The position numbers and the translations under genes were made by a program. A stretch of 64,000 nucleotides of DNA from Octopus vulgaris (Eukaryota): the NCBI GenBank assembly GCA_951406725.2, contig OX597818.1, positions 78,430,001 through 78,494,000 on the forward strand. The letters run 5' to 3'. Position 1 is the first letter of the stretch, and the number at the start of each line of letters is the position of its first letter. This document shows positions 11,462 through 24,654 of this stretch, one piece after another. The notes under the pieces were generated by a model, which was given only the letters and a program-made list of their open reading frames with translations, made no database searches and was not told where the DNA came from.

Positions 11462-13125
11462 GTTTCTTGAAGGTAGGCATTGATCTTGGAATGCTATGAT
11501 AAACTGTTCTGTTTCTGATTTTAAGCCAGAAGACACTAACCATTGATGGGTAAGGGCTTTGTTAACATTGGCATTATAAGCTTTCTTTTGGGTATTTACC
11601 ATTAAGAGGTTTTTCTTGTCATTTATCAGTAAGAATATCTATGGCAGCAATTTTAGCACAGGTTTTCATACGCATAGTTTTTTCTGTGCTTGTTTCAATT
11701 ATGTCTAATTCTGGGATTTGTTATATTTGGAATTCACTTAGATATTCTTTTACCTGCTTTGTTACTGAGTATGATGATTTCTTGTTTTCATGCTTTAAGA
11801 CAAGTTTTAACATCCAGTCATCAGAGTTTATCAGGTAGGTGTTGAGGCCAATTGTGGAAATCTTCATTGTTAATTCCAGTTGTAAAAGTCCACGGCCTCC
11901 CTCTTTTCTTGGCAGATAAAGTCGTTCTGTATCTGCCTTAGGGTGGTGCATTCTATGCATTGTCAACAATTTTCATAATTTTTTGTCAAGATGATATATT
12001 TCAGTAATTGACCAGTTAATAATATTGAAACTGTAAGTCACGACTGGTATGGCTAAAATATTGATCCCTTCGATCCTGTTTCTTGCATTCAGCTCTGTCT
12101 TGAGTATTGCCCTTACCCTGCATTAACATTCTCTTCTGATCCTTTCCTTCATCATTGAATGTTTGATTCTATCACCTTTAAATACCCCTAGGTATTTGTA
12201 GCTCTCCGCTGGTTCTAATTCCTTTATGACATTCTTCTGGTCAAGATTAACGTTGGATGTTTCTGTCATTTTGTATTTGATAAAAGTAGCTTTTGCACAT
12301 TTATCGAGGCCAAATTGCATCCTGATGTCATCACTGAATTGTTTAACAATTGCTAGTAAGCCCTGTAGTTGTTGGTCATTTTTTGCAAAGAGCTTTAATA
12401 TCATCCTTGTGAAAGAGATGATTTATATTTACCAAACATTTTATAGCCATATTGTACATCATCGAGCAATTCCGAGAGAGGTATTAATGCTAGACAAAAG
12501 AGGAGTGGTGACAGAGAGTCCCATTGGAAAATTCCATATGAAATTTCTTACATCTCCAACATTGACAAGATCTATTGTCACTCGTAGAGTTATTGTCTAC
12601 CCAGGCTATCGACAAGTTTTTGTGTCGTTTATGACAATCTTCCAAGATCATCTTATTGATGAGTAGCTGATCTTTACAGCCATAGGATCCATGTTTACAT
12701 CTTTTTTGCTCATTAGGTAATATGCCACTTTTTATTAAAAAAATATAGGCATATTCAGTCAAGAATATGTTGTTAAGCAGGTTATGGGTCTATAATTTTT
12801 TGGTTTATTTGTCTCTTCATTTTTTGGAAGTAGGAATGTAACACAATTAACTAGCCAAGAGGGAATCATACTAGGTTGTTGCAAAACATTGTTGTAGTTT
12901 TGTTAGCAGTTCATGACACTCTGGGAAGGCATTCAGCCAGAAGTTAGGAATGTTATCCTTTCCTAGAAACTTCCATTTGCTTGACTTTCTGAGAGTAGAT
13001 CTTATATCCTCTACCTTGATACTCTCCCACTTTTGCTCTTCTAAGGAGTCTAAGTCGGTAGATATTTTTATTGTGTTCTGCCCAAATTTTATTCCAAAAT
13101 TTTTGCACTTCTTTTTACTTTTTCT
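11462..13125 (-). mobile_element. R4/Dong-clade non-LTR retrotransposon RT relic
   Basis: KDNIPNFWL; [20 protein letters not shown]; LSIAWVD; [16 protein letters not shown]; DDIKLFAK; FGLDKCAK; YKYLG; HHPKADTERLYLPRKEGGRGL. Confidence 0.88.
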
Positions 13126-13144
13126 ATTTATTATTATTATTGTT

Positions 13145-13212
<68 letters not shown>

Positions 13213-13329
13213 CATTATTATGGCCGCCATACTTTAAAGTCACGGAAATTTGAAGCTCCGTAAGTTGAAATAGTGTTTGTAATCTTTTTGGCCATCTAAA
13301 GCCCCGTGTCTTCATTTTATTGTTACCAT

Positions 13330-15064
13330 TGCATTTATGAGATCGTCTAGACTGCGCCGATAGTATTTTTGTTTAGAAATAGCCCCTGTTTTGCAGGGGG
13401 TGCTCATCAATACTTTTCTAATCCTAACAACTTTCGGAAAAAGCTAATACTTTGCTATTCATTTAAAGATGGCTGATAAAGAAGCCATCATAACCTTCGA
13501 CGCGTTCCTTGTGGGAGAAGAATGAGAACAAAGACGTAGCGTGGCCTACACTTAATGACGCCACCGAGGCGAATTCTGTTTCGTCTCTAAGCAACGTCAA
13601 AACTATCGGCGACAACAACAACAGCAGTAGCAGCAGTGACAACAACAACAACAACGACGACGACTTTATCAACTACAGCAACAACTATATCAACAACAGC
13701 AACAACGATACTAACAAAGAAAAATTTAGAAACGTGAATATCACCACTTCCACCGCCTCCGCTGCAAAGCAGGTTTCTTTTGCGATTGCGGCGAGAAATT
13801 TGGAAGAGTTCCGCATAGATGAAGAAGAATTGAAAATGGCCAGGAAAACTGTATTAAGGAAAGGGAGAAGGGTAGCTCTAAACCATCCATCCAACTCCCT
13901 CTGCGTAGCGGCTTAGGCATGCCATGATTTTGATGCGCAGACACGCACTCAGGTTGTGCCACCTGCACCGATTTCAAGAAGGTGAACGTGTGTGAGCTGT
14001 TTTTGAGACATGCTTTTCCGCAGCTCGTCTCCTTGACGGAGCTGCAGTCTTGGGTAAAGGATAGAGCGACACTGGGCACCTGGTACCTAGAATATTGTCA
14101 GACGCTCACTGCCTTTTACAAGTCGGGAAATAGGATCGGTGGATGTTCCACTTTAACTAAATACAGAGGATTAGTAACGGGGAAGTGCGACGACTTCCTA
14201 GGCGTCGACGAAGACGAACTCGCAAGTCTATTCCGGAGGACTTTCAAGTCGGTGACTACTATAGATAAATTCCAGTTATCTTGAGCCTGACAGTGCTACC
14301 GGGGAGCGCTACCGGTTCGAGATAAACTCTAGATGCACGGATGTGGTGTCAGTCGCGGTTGTCTGAGGTGCTCGCAGAGCGACGAAACCGTTCTGCATGC
14401 ACTCGTTTAGTGTCCGAGATTTGCTGACTTGTGGAGTTATGTCGAACAGCTGCTGTCGCGTGTGGGACAGACCCGTCTGTCGTTCGAACCCATAGTGATC
14501 ATTGTCCTGCCGCCTTCCTTTAATCGGGCTGGCAAGGTAGTTTTCCTTTGTCTGGTGGATGTGACGAAAGAAGCTGTCTGGCAGACGATGTTGGAAGGAA
14601 TGAGGAGAGATATTCTTCTCTGGTAAAGCTCTAATCGAATTTTTCAAGTTTCAATTGAAAAGAAAAGTGAGGGTCGAGGGGGAGGTGCTGCCCTCGAGTG
14701 AGTTTATGATTAGTTGAGTGAAAGTTGTGAAAATGGCAAGAGTGGATGGTACCGCTCTCAATGTAAACCTGTGAGTCGGTGGAAAAGAGTTGGAGAGGGC
14801 GCTCGTTCTTGGTATTCAGGGTGATCTTGGATGATGAGGTTCCTCGATTATCCCTAGAGGTCCTCCTGTATCGGGAGGGCTCTACCACAATCAATTGTTT
14901 TTTCCTCTTCTTCTAATACCATATACTATGTATACCTTCCTTCTTTTAGTGTATACCGTGTATACTTGTTTTTTTATTTATCATTCCAGCATGTGTAAAC
15001 ACCAACACTTTACGTCTGACTGTATTGCACCCCTCATCCTTCACCCCGATGACAAATAAAAGAA

Positions 15065-15065
<1 letters not shown>
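13330..15065 (+). mobile_element. Tx1/L1-clade LINE derivative (start of ORF1 joined to ORF2 C-terminus), (ATT)n tail
   Basis: ORF1-like KQVSFAIAA..EEELK; ALPVRDKL; knuckle CLRC..DETVLHALV*C..LWSYV. Ends aataaaagaaatc(att)n; related to 59740-62340. Confidence 0.75.
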
Positions 15066-15142
<77 letters not shown>

Positions 15143-15564
15143 GTTATTATTGAGTGAGAGAGCAGTGCATGCCATCAAAGTGACACTGAGGTACAAATAT
15201 ACGAAGCCCATTATACCCATCATGATTACTCGTCTGATTGTTCCTGGTGTGATGAATGAACATGCATCACATGCATCACAATCATATGTGCGCGACATGG
15301 TGATATAATATCAAGATAAACAGGTCATGAGCTTGCAGGTGGAGCCCAGTTAGAATTTTCTTTAGGTTGAGTAGCCCATCCCGCTCAAAAGATCCCTGAA
15401 TAAGGGTTGTTTAAGGATATTGAACGAAACACCCATATTTCCAAAGGTGAAGTATCCAAACCCCAAAGAATCCCTCTCAACACATAGTTATGATGCTCCC
15501 CAACTACTTCTGCTTGAGATCAGAGATGCACATATCGTCAGCCACTAAGTGACATGCTCAACTG

Positions 15565-15638
<74 letters not shown>

Positions 15639-15649
15639 CATCATCATTG

Positions 15650-15703
<54 letters not shown>

Positions 15704-15705
15704 CC

Positions 15706-15788
<83 letters not shown>

Positions 15789-15790
15789 GC
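15066..15790. repeat. (ATT)n and (ATT)(CAT)(CAC)n arrays enclosing an unclassified segment of about 410 bp (15151-15564)
   Basis: Arrays read directly. The enclosed segment has no credible ORF and is probably an interspersed repeat (inference). Confidence 0.7.
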
Positions 15791-16238
15791 TACAATATAG
15801 AAAAATAGCTTCTGATAAAAACAACAGGTAAATGAATAGTTTTGAAATGAAACAGGTAAGACATGTAGGTTCTCCACCCTGGATAACATGTCAGATGTTG
15901 ACAGGTGACATTATCAAAATATCTACAGCTGAATAAAGAACGAGTGTGTAATACGAAGTGATTTTTCTTACACACGTAAAACAAAAACAGAAACTATATA
16001 CTTTCACACAGCCATGGTATCACGCCCCATTAACCGCTAGTCAAATATCGTGTTCATAAAGTTATATGTTTGTGCGTGTGTATGTGTGTGTGTGTGTGCA
16101 AAAATTGATGCACATACATACATACACATGCATACATATATGCGTGTGTGTGTGTATATATACATACACACACATATACACATACATACATAAACACACA
16201 AACATATATATACACACATATCCTTGGTGCATTTATAT

Positions 16239-16272
<34 letters not shown>

Positions 16273-16284
16273 GTATACATGTAT

Positions 16285-16720
16285 ATATATAAAACTGAGA
16301 ATGTGTGTCTGTCTGTCTGTCTGTGAATCCCTAAAACCTGAGAACTACACAACCAATTTCATTCAAATTTTACACATGCCTTACTTAGGGTCCATGTAGT
16401 GTCATAGGCAAAAAAATTTAACTTCTTGCCTAGGGCGAGCCCACAGCAATATCCTATCTTCTCCACTATTTCAGTATTACGTGTCAAAAGTAAAAGAAAA
16501 ACTTCTCTCTATTGTAATGTCAGATACTTTCACTTTAATACTGAAACTATTAATTAAAGTGAAACTATTATATAAGAGGAATGAACCAATAACAGTGGAT
16601 ATCCATTTTGCAAGAAGAAGATCCTCTATGGTCTTATATGCTACACCACTGGTTTTAAATTCATACTAATCAAATTTATATTCAATTTTTCACCCTTATT
16701 ATTTTAAATTTAAATTTACA
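16285..16720 (+). mobile_element. Non-autonomous Helitron-like 5' fragment
   Basis: tatatataaaa..(gtct)n..actacacaaccaatttcattcaaattttacaca; the same layout occurs reversed at 57000-57382. Confidence 0.5.
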
Positions 16721-16790
16721 TGTATCTATATATAGATAGATGAATACATATAGATGTATATATATATATATATATAGATGTGTGTATATG

Positions 16791-16823
<33 letters not shown>

Positions 16824-17051
16824 GTATATATATATATATATGGATATATATATATACATGTATATATATAGATGTATATGTATACATGTATATGTATAGA
16901 TATATTTCTATAGATATAAATGTATATGTATACATGTATGTGTAGATTATATATATATATATAGATCTACATGTAATATGTACACATATATATACACATA
17001 TATACATGCATACACACATATACACCTACCCCCCACACATACACACATACA

Positions 17052-17360
17052 TAGGTGAAGGTGTGGCTGTGTGGTAACAAACTTGGTTCCAAAACACATG
17101 GTCCTCAGTTCAGTCCCACTGTGTGGTAACTTGGCATGTGTCTTCTGCTATAACCTCAGACCAACCAAAGCCTTGTCAGTGTATTTTCTAGACAGAAACT
17201 GATAGAAATCAATTGTATATATATGTATATATGCAAGTCTATGTATGTGTCTTTGTGTTTCTCCCTCATCACCGCTTCACAACTGGTGTTCGTTTATTTA
17301 CATCCCCATAACTTACTGGTTTCACAAGAAGAAACGGATAGAAAGGGTAACAGGCTTATC
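17052..17360 (+). mobile_element. Family-D SINE (degenerate)
   Basis: gtgtggctgtgtggtaa..gttcagtcccactg..ttggcatgtgtcttctgctata..accaaagccttgt. Confidence 0.75.
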
Positions 17361-17471
17361 AAAATAAAAAAAATCACTAGGCAGTGTCTCATATCTCTCT
17401 CTCTCTCACTCCTCCTCATCTCTCTCTCAGCCGCTTGTCTTCCTCTATCTCTCTCTCAGCCGCTTGTCTTC

Positions 17472-17499
<28 letters not shown>

Positions 17500-17507
<8 letters not shown>

Positions 17508-17990
17508 TCCTCATCTTTCTCACTGCCAGCCAACTACTTCCTTTTTACATGCGGCCTCCAAACTGTAAACACACTTTTTCCCTTGCGCTCGCCAGAATCT
17601 TCGTCTAAGCCAGAAAAAGACCTTTTTCGTTTGTTTTCTTATTTATTACTGTCCAACCTTCGAAACACGCTGGAGTTGAACTAGGGACAGCTGATGAAGG
17701 GAATTTTTCCTTGTGCAGTTTGTCTTGTACTCTGTTTTTCTGTTGTAAAAAAATGGTTTGTTCCATGCTTGTTTTTCCGTTTTCGTTTCTCGTTGAGTTC
17801 TACGTCTATTTGTGGTGTCCTGTACTCACGTATATATATTTATATATGCATGTATATATACATGTAGATGTAGGTACGTACATATATGTATGTATTTATG
17901 CATATATTTTATTTATTACACTATTGTATGACTGAGCGCCCTCGCGTCGATTCGATTCGATTCGTTCGTTTCGTTCCGTTCTTCTTCTCC
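17500..17990 (+). repeat. Unclassified interspersed repeat (second partial copy at about 48990-49230)
   Basis: Shared ggacagctgatgaagggaat..ttcctt / ggacaactgacgaaggggaatattcctt, gttttcgtttctc and tgtcctgtac. Confidence 0.6.
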
Positions 17991-18025
17991 AAGTACTGTT
18001 ATATATATATATATATATATGTATG

Positions 18026-18359
18026 TGAAGGCGCATGGCTCAGTGGTTAGAGCGTCGAGCTTACGATCGTGAGGTTGTGAGCTCGAATCCCGGACCGGGC
18101 TGCGTGTTGTGTTCTTGAGCAAGACACTTTATTTCACGTTGCTCCAGTTCACTCAGCTGTAGAAATGAGTTGCGACGTCACAGGTGCCAAGCTGTATCGA
18201 CCTTTGTCTTTCCCTTGGATAACACTGGTGGCGTGGAGAGGGGAGGCCGGTATGCATGGGCGACTACTGGTCTTCCATAAAACAACCTTGCCCAGACTTG
18301 TGCCTCAGAGGGTAACTCTCTAGGTGCAAACCCATGGTCACTCATGACCGAAGTGGGGT

Positions 18360-18360
<1 letters not shown>
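18026..18360 (+). mobile_element. Family-B SINE inserted in (TA)n
   Basis: ggcgcatggctcagtggttag..tcgaatccc..ttgtgttcttgagcaagacacttt; tail gcgacgtcacaggtgccaagc..catgaccgaag. Confidence 0.88.
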
Positions 18361-18423
<63 letters not shown>

Positions 18424-18427
<4 letters not shown>

Positions 18428-21015
18428 GAAATATGTTACAAAAAGAAATATAAAATACACGTGGAAATGTAAGGGTAAAATATGAAAAATCAACGAAAAT
18501 GCACATTGTAAATAAAAAAAAAGGCTTTTTATGACAGGTAACGACAAATATATACATTTAGATGGACTGAGGTAGTAATAAAAGTCATAAAAGTCATTAT
18601 TATGAGATGATTATAAGATGATGATAAAGTCAGAAAACAAAGCGAAAACACCGGCTAATACACGGTGTCAGGTCTAATAGTTCTTGAGAAAAAAGATTAT
18701 TTGTAAGGGAGGTAAGTAGTTCTGGATTATTTGTAAGGCGGGTATGTAGTTCTGGATTTAGAGATCTGAGTGGTGTAGGAAGTGTATAGGGGTTAGTGGT
18801 GTTCTTTATTGAGTTGTGTGTTCATATTTAATTGGGGGAGATATTTATTGATGAAAAATGCCTCTTTATTCAACCTTTGTTGAATTGTGGTGTTCTGTGA
18901 ACATTGATAGAAGGGGAAGATTTGGAAATTGGGGTTAAGATTTCTGGCACACCTTTCTATGTGTTCACTCACCTTTAACTGTCTGTATTGTGGGTGGCGC
19001 ATTTGCTCTTTGTGAATGGTGGTTCTTTGACGGAGTGAAATTCCTGTTTGTCCAATATAGAGTTTACCACATCTTATGCATGTCATGACATAGATTACAT
19101 TTACTGAGGCGCAGGTGAAATTTGATTTGATCTTAAATATTTCTCCTTGTTTGAAGTGAAATTCTGAACCCTCCAGAAGGTGGGGGCATGTTCCACAGTT
19201 AGTACATCCACATTATTTCACTTTTGGCTCTGTTGTTAGTGGATACAGTCTTGCGCTGGTTAATATTTTTTCGCTGACTTCGATTGCTTTTTGCTTTTTA
19301 TAATTTTGTATGAGCTTAAAATTTCGTTCATTGTTTTGTCTGCTGTGAGGATGGGAAGATTTTGGGTGATGATGTTAAAGGCTTCATTGTTTCTAGGGTT
19401 ATGTGTGGAAATGTACGGGAGTATTTTTAAGTCTTGTTTAGTATTTCGGCTAGCTTTCCTTAACATTTGTATATCTATTTCCTTAGCTCTTTTGATGCCT
19501 TCATTTATTAATGAGATTGGGTAATGTCTTTTAGTTAGTGTAGATCTAAGTTCAAGGAGTCTTTGTTCTCGAGTATATGTATCATAAACTATGGTGCAGA
19601 TTCTTTTCGCTAGGTTAAAGGGTATGTTGATTTTTATGTGTTTGGGGTGGCAGGAGTTAAATAATAGGTATTGTTTTTAGAATCTGTGGGTTTATAAAAG
19701 ATGTCTGTTTCTATGTGGTTGTTAACTATTCTAATTAAGATGTCTAGAAAAGGGAGTTGTTTACTGTTGTGTTCCATAGTGAATTGTATATTGCTGTGTA
19801 TGTTGTTGAGCATTCTTTTGAAATCAAGGAGTTTATCCATGCTGTCTTTCCAAAGTATGAAGCAATCATTCAAATATCTCTTCCAGTTCTCCTTTAAGTA
19901 GCAATTAAAAGAGGCGCCATATTTTTCTAGTGATGATTTGTATAACTTGAGTTCGAGGTAACCCATTACAAGGTTTGCAATCACTGGAGCAGCTCTGGTT
20001 CCCACTGAAATTCCATATTTTTGTCGATAGTAAGTTGTATCGAACATGAAATGATTGTTCAGCAGGATGAATTTCAGTGCTTCAATTATAAAACTGTGGT
20101 TAATACGTCCTGGGATCTCTTCTGGGTATTTTTCTAGCCAGAATGTGATTGCTTCTATACCATAGTCGTGTGGGATATTGGTGTATAGATTCACCACATC
20201 GAAAGATACCAGCTGGGTTCCGTCCTTTACTGTCTTCGGGAGATGGTTCAGCATGTCTAGGTCATCCCTGATAAAGCTTTTCACATATTTTAAAAGAGGT
20301 TTGAGTAATATGTCGAGGAAGTTGCTCAAACGGTGGGTTTCACAAGAAGGGCCAGCTATGATGGGTCTCAGCTTGAGGTCAGTAGGGGGAGGGACATTAA
20401 TGCTTGGGTTGTAGAGACTTTGCAGGCTTCACAAATGTGTGGATTTTTATGTATTTTGGGTAATCCGTAGACTAGGACTGTGTTTAAAATTGGATAAATA
20501 GTCTATTTCATGTGTAGTGAGACCCTTTCCATGAATTTGGAGTAAGGAGGATAAGTTTTTCAGTGTTTTCTGTGGGTTGTAATATGTTAATTTTTCATAG
20601 TAAGTATTATTTTCCAACATGGAAAGTATTAGATTTTTGTAGTACTCTGTATCCATCACAACTACCGCACTTCCTTTGTCGGCTTCTTTAATGATGAGGT
20701 TTATGTCATTTTTTTTAGCTCGACAAGGTCTTTCCATTCATTTAAATTAAGGTTGGATTTAATATGTTGTTTTGGAAGGGTATTGTAAGGAAAACAAGTT
20801 ATGTGATCACAAAAAACATCAAGTGCTTTATTTCTGCCTTTTGCAGGACGGTATTCCCTTTTGTTTTTCACTATTGAATCATCTTCGCTGGTGTAGTTGT
20901 GAAGTGCTTCTGTGAGGCGTAATTTTCGGCAGAAGTCCATAGTATTGTCCTTTATTTCATTTGGGTTCGAACTGCGGGGGGTAGGGGTAAATTTTAAACC
21001 TCTTGCTAGGATTTT
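18424..21015 (-). mobile_element. Penelope-like element (Neptune-like): near-complete RT plus GIY-YIG, frameshifted and 5'-truncated
   Basis: GLKFTPTP; IIKEADKGSAVVVMD; LRPIIAGP; SFDVVNLYTNIP; YRQKYGISVGT; WKRYLNDCF; LPFLD; CGCTNCGTC; VIYVMTCIRCGKLYIGQTG. Bounded by (TA)n and (TG)n. Confidence 0.93.
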
Positions 21016-21034
21016 GGTTTGTGTGTGTGTGTGT

Positions 21035-21092
<58 letters not shown>

Positions 21093-21719
21093 GGTTTCAG
21101 GCCTACTTTATGCCTCCTTTTTTTCAGGAACAGTTTGATATTGGTGAACTGTAAACGGTGTTGGAGAGCATAACGATTAACGGTGTAATGGGTAAAACGT
21201 TAGCTGACATGGAAGAATGGAAGCCTTCTGAATATTGGAAAATAGATACCTGTATCATAGTGATTCGCTCCGGGTGTCAAAATGTTGACATCATAACTGC
21301 TTCTCAATGCTCTCTGAACACTAAAGGCTGTAAGACGTGACATGGACAGCTTCAAAGGAGATTGCGATGCTGTGGCCAGAAAGAAGAAAGACAGCAGGCG
21401 TTCGAACTGCGTCTATACGACGGCATTCATCCTACATCTTTTAACAGGGCCATAGGCTCGATTCAGATGGCTCTGTGAAGCTACTGAAGACTGTGGTCAA
21501 TCTTTGGCTAGAGAGGGTTTTTGCTGGAAGGCTTCCAGTCCTTCATGTCCGCTAACTTTTTCTCAACTGTAGCCGTTGACTGTTCACCAATACATCAAAC
21601 TGTTCCTAAAAGAAGAGACATAACATATTTTCCAATTTAGCCCAAACACTGTCTATATACGTACATACACATATATGTGTGTGTATATTTACGATAGTTA
21701 CGTACGTAGGAAAAACAGT

Positions 21720-22525
21720 AAAATGTGACAACCGATGCAGACTTTGTGGAGTTAACGCTTAAGATATCACCCACATCATAAGCAGTTGTCCGAAAATGTC
21801 ATCACGGTGTTATCTACCGATGAGACATGATGTTATCGCTCGGATAATCTATAATGAAATCCATCGGATGGATAACCCCGAGGACAAATAAATAAGACCC
21901 CACTGTATGATAGAAGTCATAGCCACTCACAATAGAAAGCAGTGCTGGTGAAACGTCCAAGTGAAGACCTCAATAAAATGTTAGCACAACAGACCTGATA
22001 TAATGATTTGGGATAGAGAAAACAAAATGTGCACAGTTGTAGAAAGTAGCTGCCCAGCGGATGTTGACATAAAGCTGAAGATCAGTGAAAAAGAGAATAT
22101 CTATGCTGAACTACTGAGAAATCTGAAGTTACTCTATCCAGATTACAAGTTCAGGTTTATACCTGTATTCATTGGGGCACTGAGATATGTAACACATTAT
22201 CTAAATACCAATCTTGAGAAATTAGGCTTCTCAAAACCAGAAAGGAGAAAGTTAATTCGAAGACTGCGGATCCAGTCCATCACTGGAACTATAAAAATCT
22301 CTAAAACTTTCCAGAAGTTTATCATTTAAATATGTATGAGCATTGCATGTCTAGATATGAAACTATATGCGAATACATACAAATCTGCACAATTAAATAC
22401 ATACATAGACACAAAAATACTCTGTTGTTGATGTTGAAATTCCAATGAAGGAGCCTTGGATCTAGGTTAGAAACCAGCTCTTTCTCTATTGGCCAGAAAT
22501 ATTGAAATAAAACTGAATAAGGACA
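21720..22525 (+). mobile_element. R4/Dong-clade LINE 3' end: CCHC knuckle and restriction-like endonuclease, (TACA)n tail
   Basis: CRLC..DITHIISSC..RHD; HNRPDIMIWD..VVESSCP..EKENIY; IPVFIGAL. Confidence 0.88.
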
Positions 22526-22559
22526 AATACATACATACATACATACATACATACATACA

Positions 22560-22589
<30 letters not shown>

Positions 22590-22591
<2 letters not shown>

Positions 22592-23595
22592 AATGGAGTT
22601 TAATGCAGGTATAATTCAAATACTTTTACTTCCGACACATGTTTCGAATATTTTACTGATATTATTCAAAAGAATAAATGGTATAAAACAATGCAATCTT
22701 CTCTTCAGGGAAGTGAAGAAATGAAACTCGTCAATAAGACATTTTAACAGAAAATGATGGATACGTATAGTGATTTACTGAACGCTATTGATATTGTTTG
22801 AAAAACGTTATATGATATAACGTCAGAAGTAGCCCATAGAAAGAGAAGGGATATGTTTAGTGAATGTTAAATATAAAAAAAATTAATGTTTAAATTATAT
22901 ATAATGATAGAGATTACTTATATGAATTAAAGGTGTGCTTTTGCCAATGTTTACATCGGTATGCACGCTCTATAACCGTGTTTACTAGGGGATTTTTAGA
23001 AAAAATGATGAAAAATAGTTCAGAATTACAGAGAAGACAGAATTCCTTGCCTTTGTCATAAGGTATCGAGAATGAGAGAATAAACCATTCTAAATTAAAT
23101 TGTTCATTGTGGTCTTTTAGATCCCAAATTAATTTACTGAACTATTACGTTTATTCCTATCCCTAAATGTTGAGTAATGGATAGAAATTCTTTAAGATAA
23201 CTCTAGCGACGTGCTTCCAATGTAAAATCGTACTTTGTTACGAGCACTGATTATATACTGGTATATAGAATTTTTAATTTTAGAGTTACTTGACATAAAC
23301 TTAATTCTGTTAGAATTGACTTCAGATACAATAACCTTGTTATTTAATATCTCTAGAGGGATAGATAGTATTAGCTAAATTAATGTTAGTATTAGTAAAT
23401 GTATTAATATTTAGCAGTTTGTTATTATGTAAAGAGATAATTTGTAAGAGATTTTTGTGCTGGAAAAACCAATCCTAACCGTATGTGAATTGATAAAAGA
23501 GTAATACCTAGAATTCTTTGGAAAATTCCCAACAATAGCTTGACGAAATAGCAGTGGGAGATTAGATTAAATTTTTTCCGTGTTTATTGTTAACA
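22590..23595 (-). mobile_element. Degenerate PLE 3' end (GIY-YIG) with hammerhead-bearing pLTR
   Basis: Minus-strand remnants FPKNSRYYSFINSHTVRIGFS..HNNKLL; IYQY..FYIGST; IWDLKD; CLLCNSE..CKH. A different PLE lineage from 18424-21015. Confidence 0.75.
22628..22714 (-). ncRNA. Minimal type I hammerhead ribozyme
   Basis: ACUUCC CUGAAGA [GAAGAUU...AAUAUUC long stem II] GAAAC AUGU GUC GGAAGU. Perfect 6-bp stem I and palindromic ACAUGU in stem III. Confidence 0.85.
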
Positions 23596-24366
23596 AAAGA
23601 AAAATACACTCATCTATGTATACACACACACACACATATATATGTACAAATGTATACATGTGTGTGTGTGTGAATGTATGTGTGTGGATGTATGTACTTG
23701 TGTATTTATGAATATATGTATATTTATGCATGCAAAAATTCCAAAAGTTGGAATTGATGTACTAAAAGTTTTACTTTTGAAACTAGATATAGATTTACTT
23801 TTGTGTTTTCTCATGAAGGATTGTTTCGAGTTTTGAAAACAATCCTGATGCATTCCGTTCTTCTTTCTTACCTTTTTCCAACTCAGAAATAACTACTTAC
23901 TTTATAATGTTACCTTGGCGGTAACTTCAATGTACACAGCATTGGAACAACCGTGGACGTCCTAAGCAAAAGAAGTAACCTAGCTATTATCAAACATCCA
24001 ACAACTAGAAAGCATTCGGACATGACGATGTCCACAAGTTCTGTTTTGAAAAAAATACTTAACGTAAACACATGACGTGCGAGCAAAAAAGCTTAATAAG
24101 ATGCGACGGTGCGAGAGGCGATAGCTGACTGCTGCACTGAAGGGAGAACCCCTCAAATGTAAAGATACCACAAACCCACAAAATTGGAGAGCCATAATAT
24201 ATACTCCTGCAACTTACAAAGCCTTTACCGTAATAGTATCTCAGAGAATAAAGATCAAGAAAAAAACGATCTACTTCCAGTAGAAGGATGCTATAAAGGA
24301 TCATATGACAGTAAAGATAAATTTACTGTTAGAAAGAGGACAGATTGAAATTAGTGTGTAATGTAT

Positions 24367-24650
24367 TCGCATGGCTCAGTGGTTAGAGTGTCGGACTCAC
24401 AATCATGAGGTAGTGATTTCGTTCACGGACCGGGCCCTATGTTGTGTTTTTGAGCAAGACACTTTATTTCCCGTTGCTCCAAGTCACTCAGCTGTAAAAA
24501 TGAGTTGCGACGTCACTGGTGCCAAGCTGTATCGGCCTTTACCTTTCCCTTAGATAAGATTAGCGGCGTGGAAAGGGGAGGCTAGTATGCATGGGGGACT
24601 GCTTGTTTTCCATAAGCAAGAATGCCTGAACTTGATCCTTGGAGGGAAAA
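24367..24650 (+). mobile_element. Family-B SINE
   Basis: Same head, core and tail as 18026-18360; inverted twin at 26440-26761. Confidence 0.85.
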
Positions 24651-24654
24651 GCGA

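Noticed and set aside
17649-17712. GAAAC and CTGATGA close together (also CTGACGA at 49003) suggesting a hammerhead
   Set aside because: The complementary segments (ctgtcc/ggacag) enclose GAAAC upstream of CUGAUGA, and no stem II or NUH site fits any hammerhead topology.
18029-18100. tRNA genes at SINE heads (also 24367, 28255, 45012, 58601, 59268)
   Set aside because: A/B boxes are present, but acceptor stems are not closed and the sequence continues into SINE bodies.
22438-22485. ccaatgaa..hairpin..gaaaccagctc resembling a hammerhead in the R4 3' UTR
   Set aside because: The core is CCAAUGA rather than CUGANGA, and there is no stem I.
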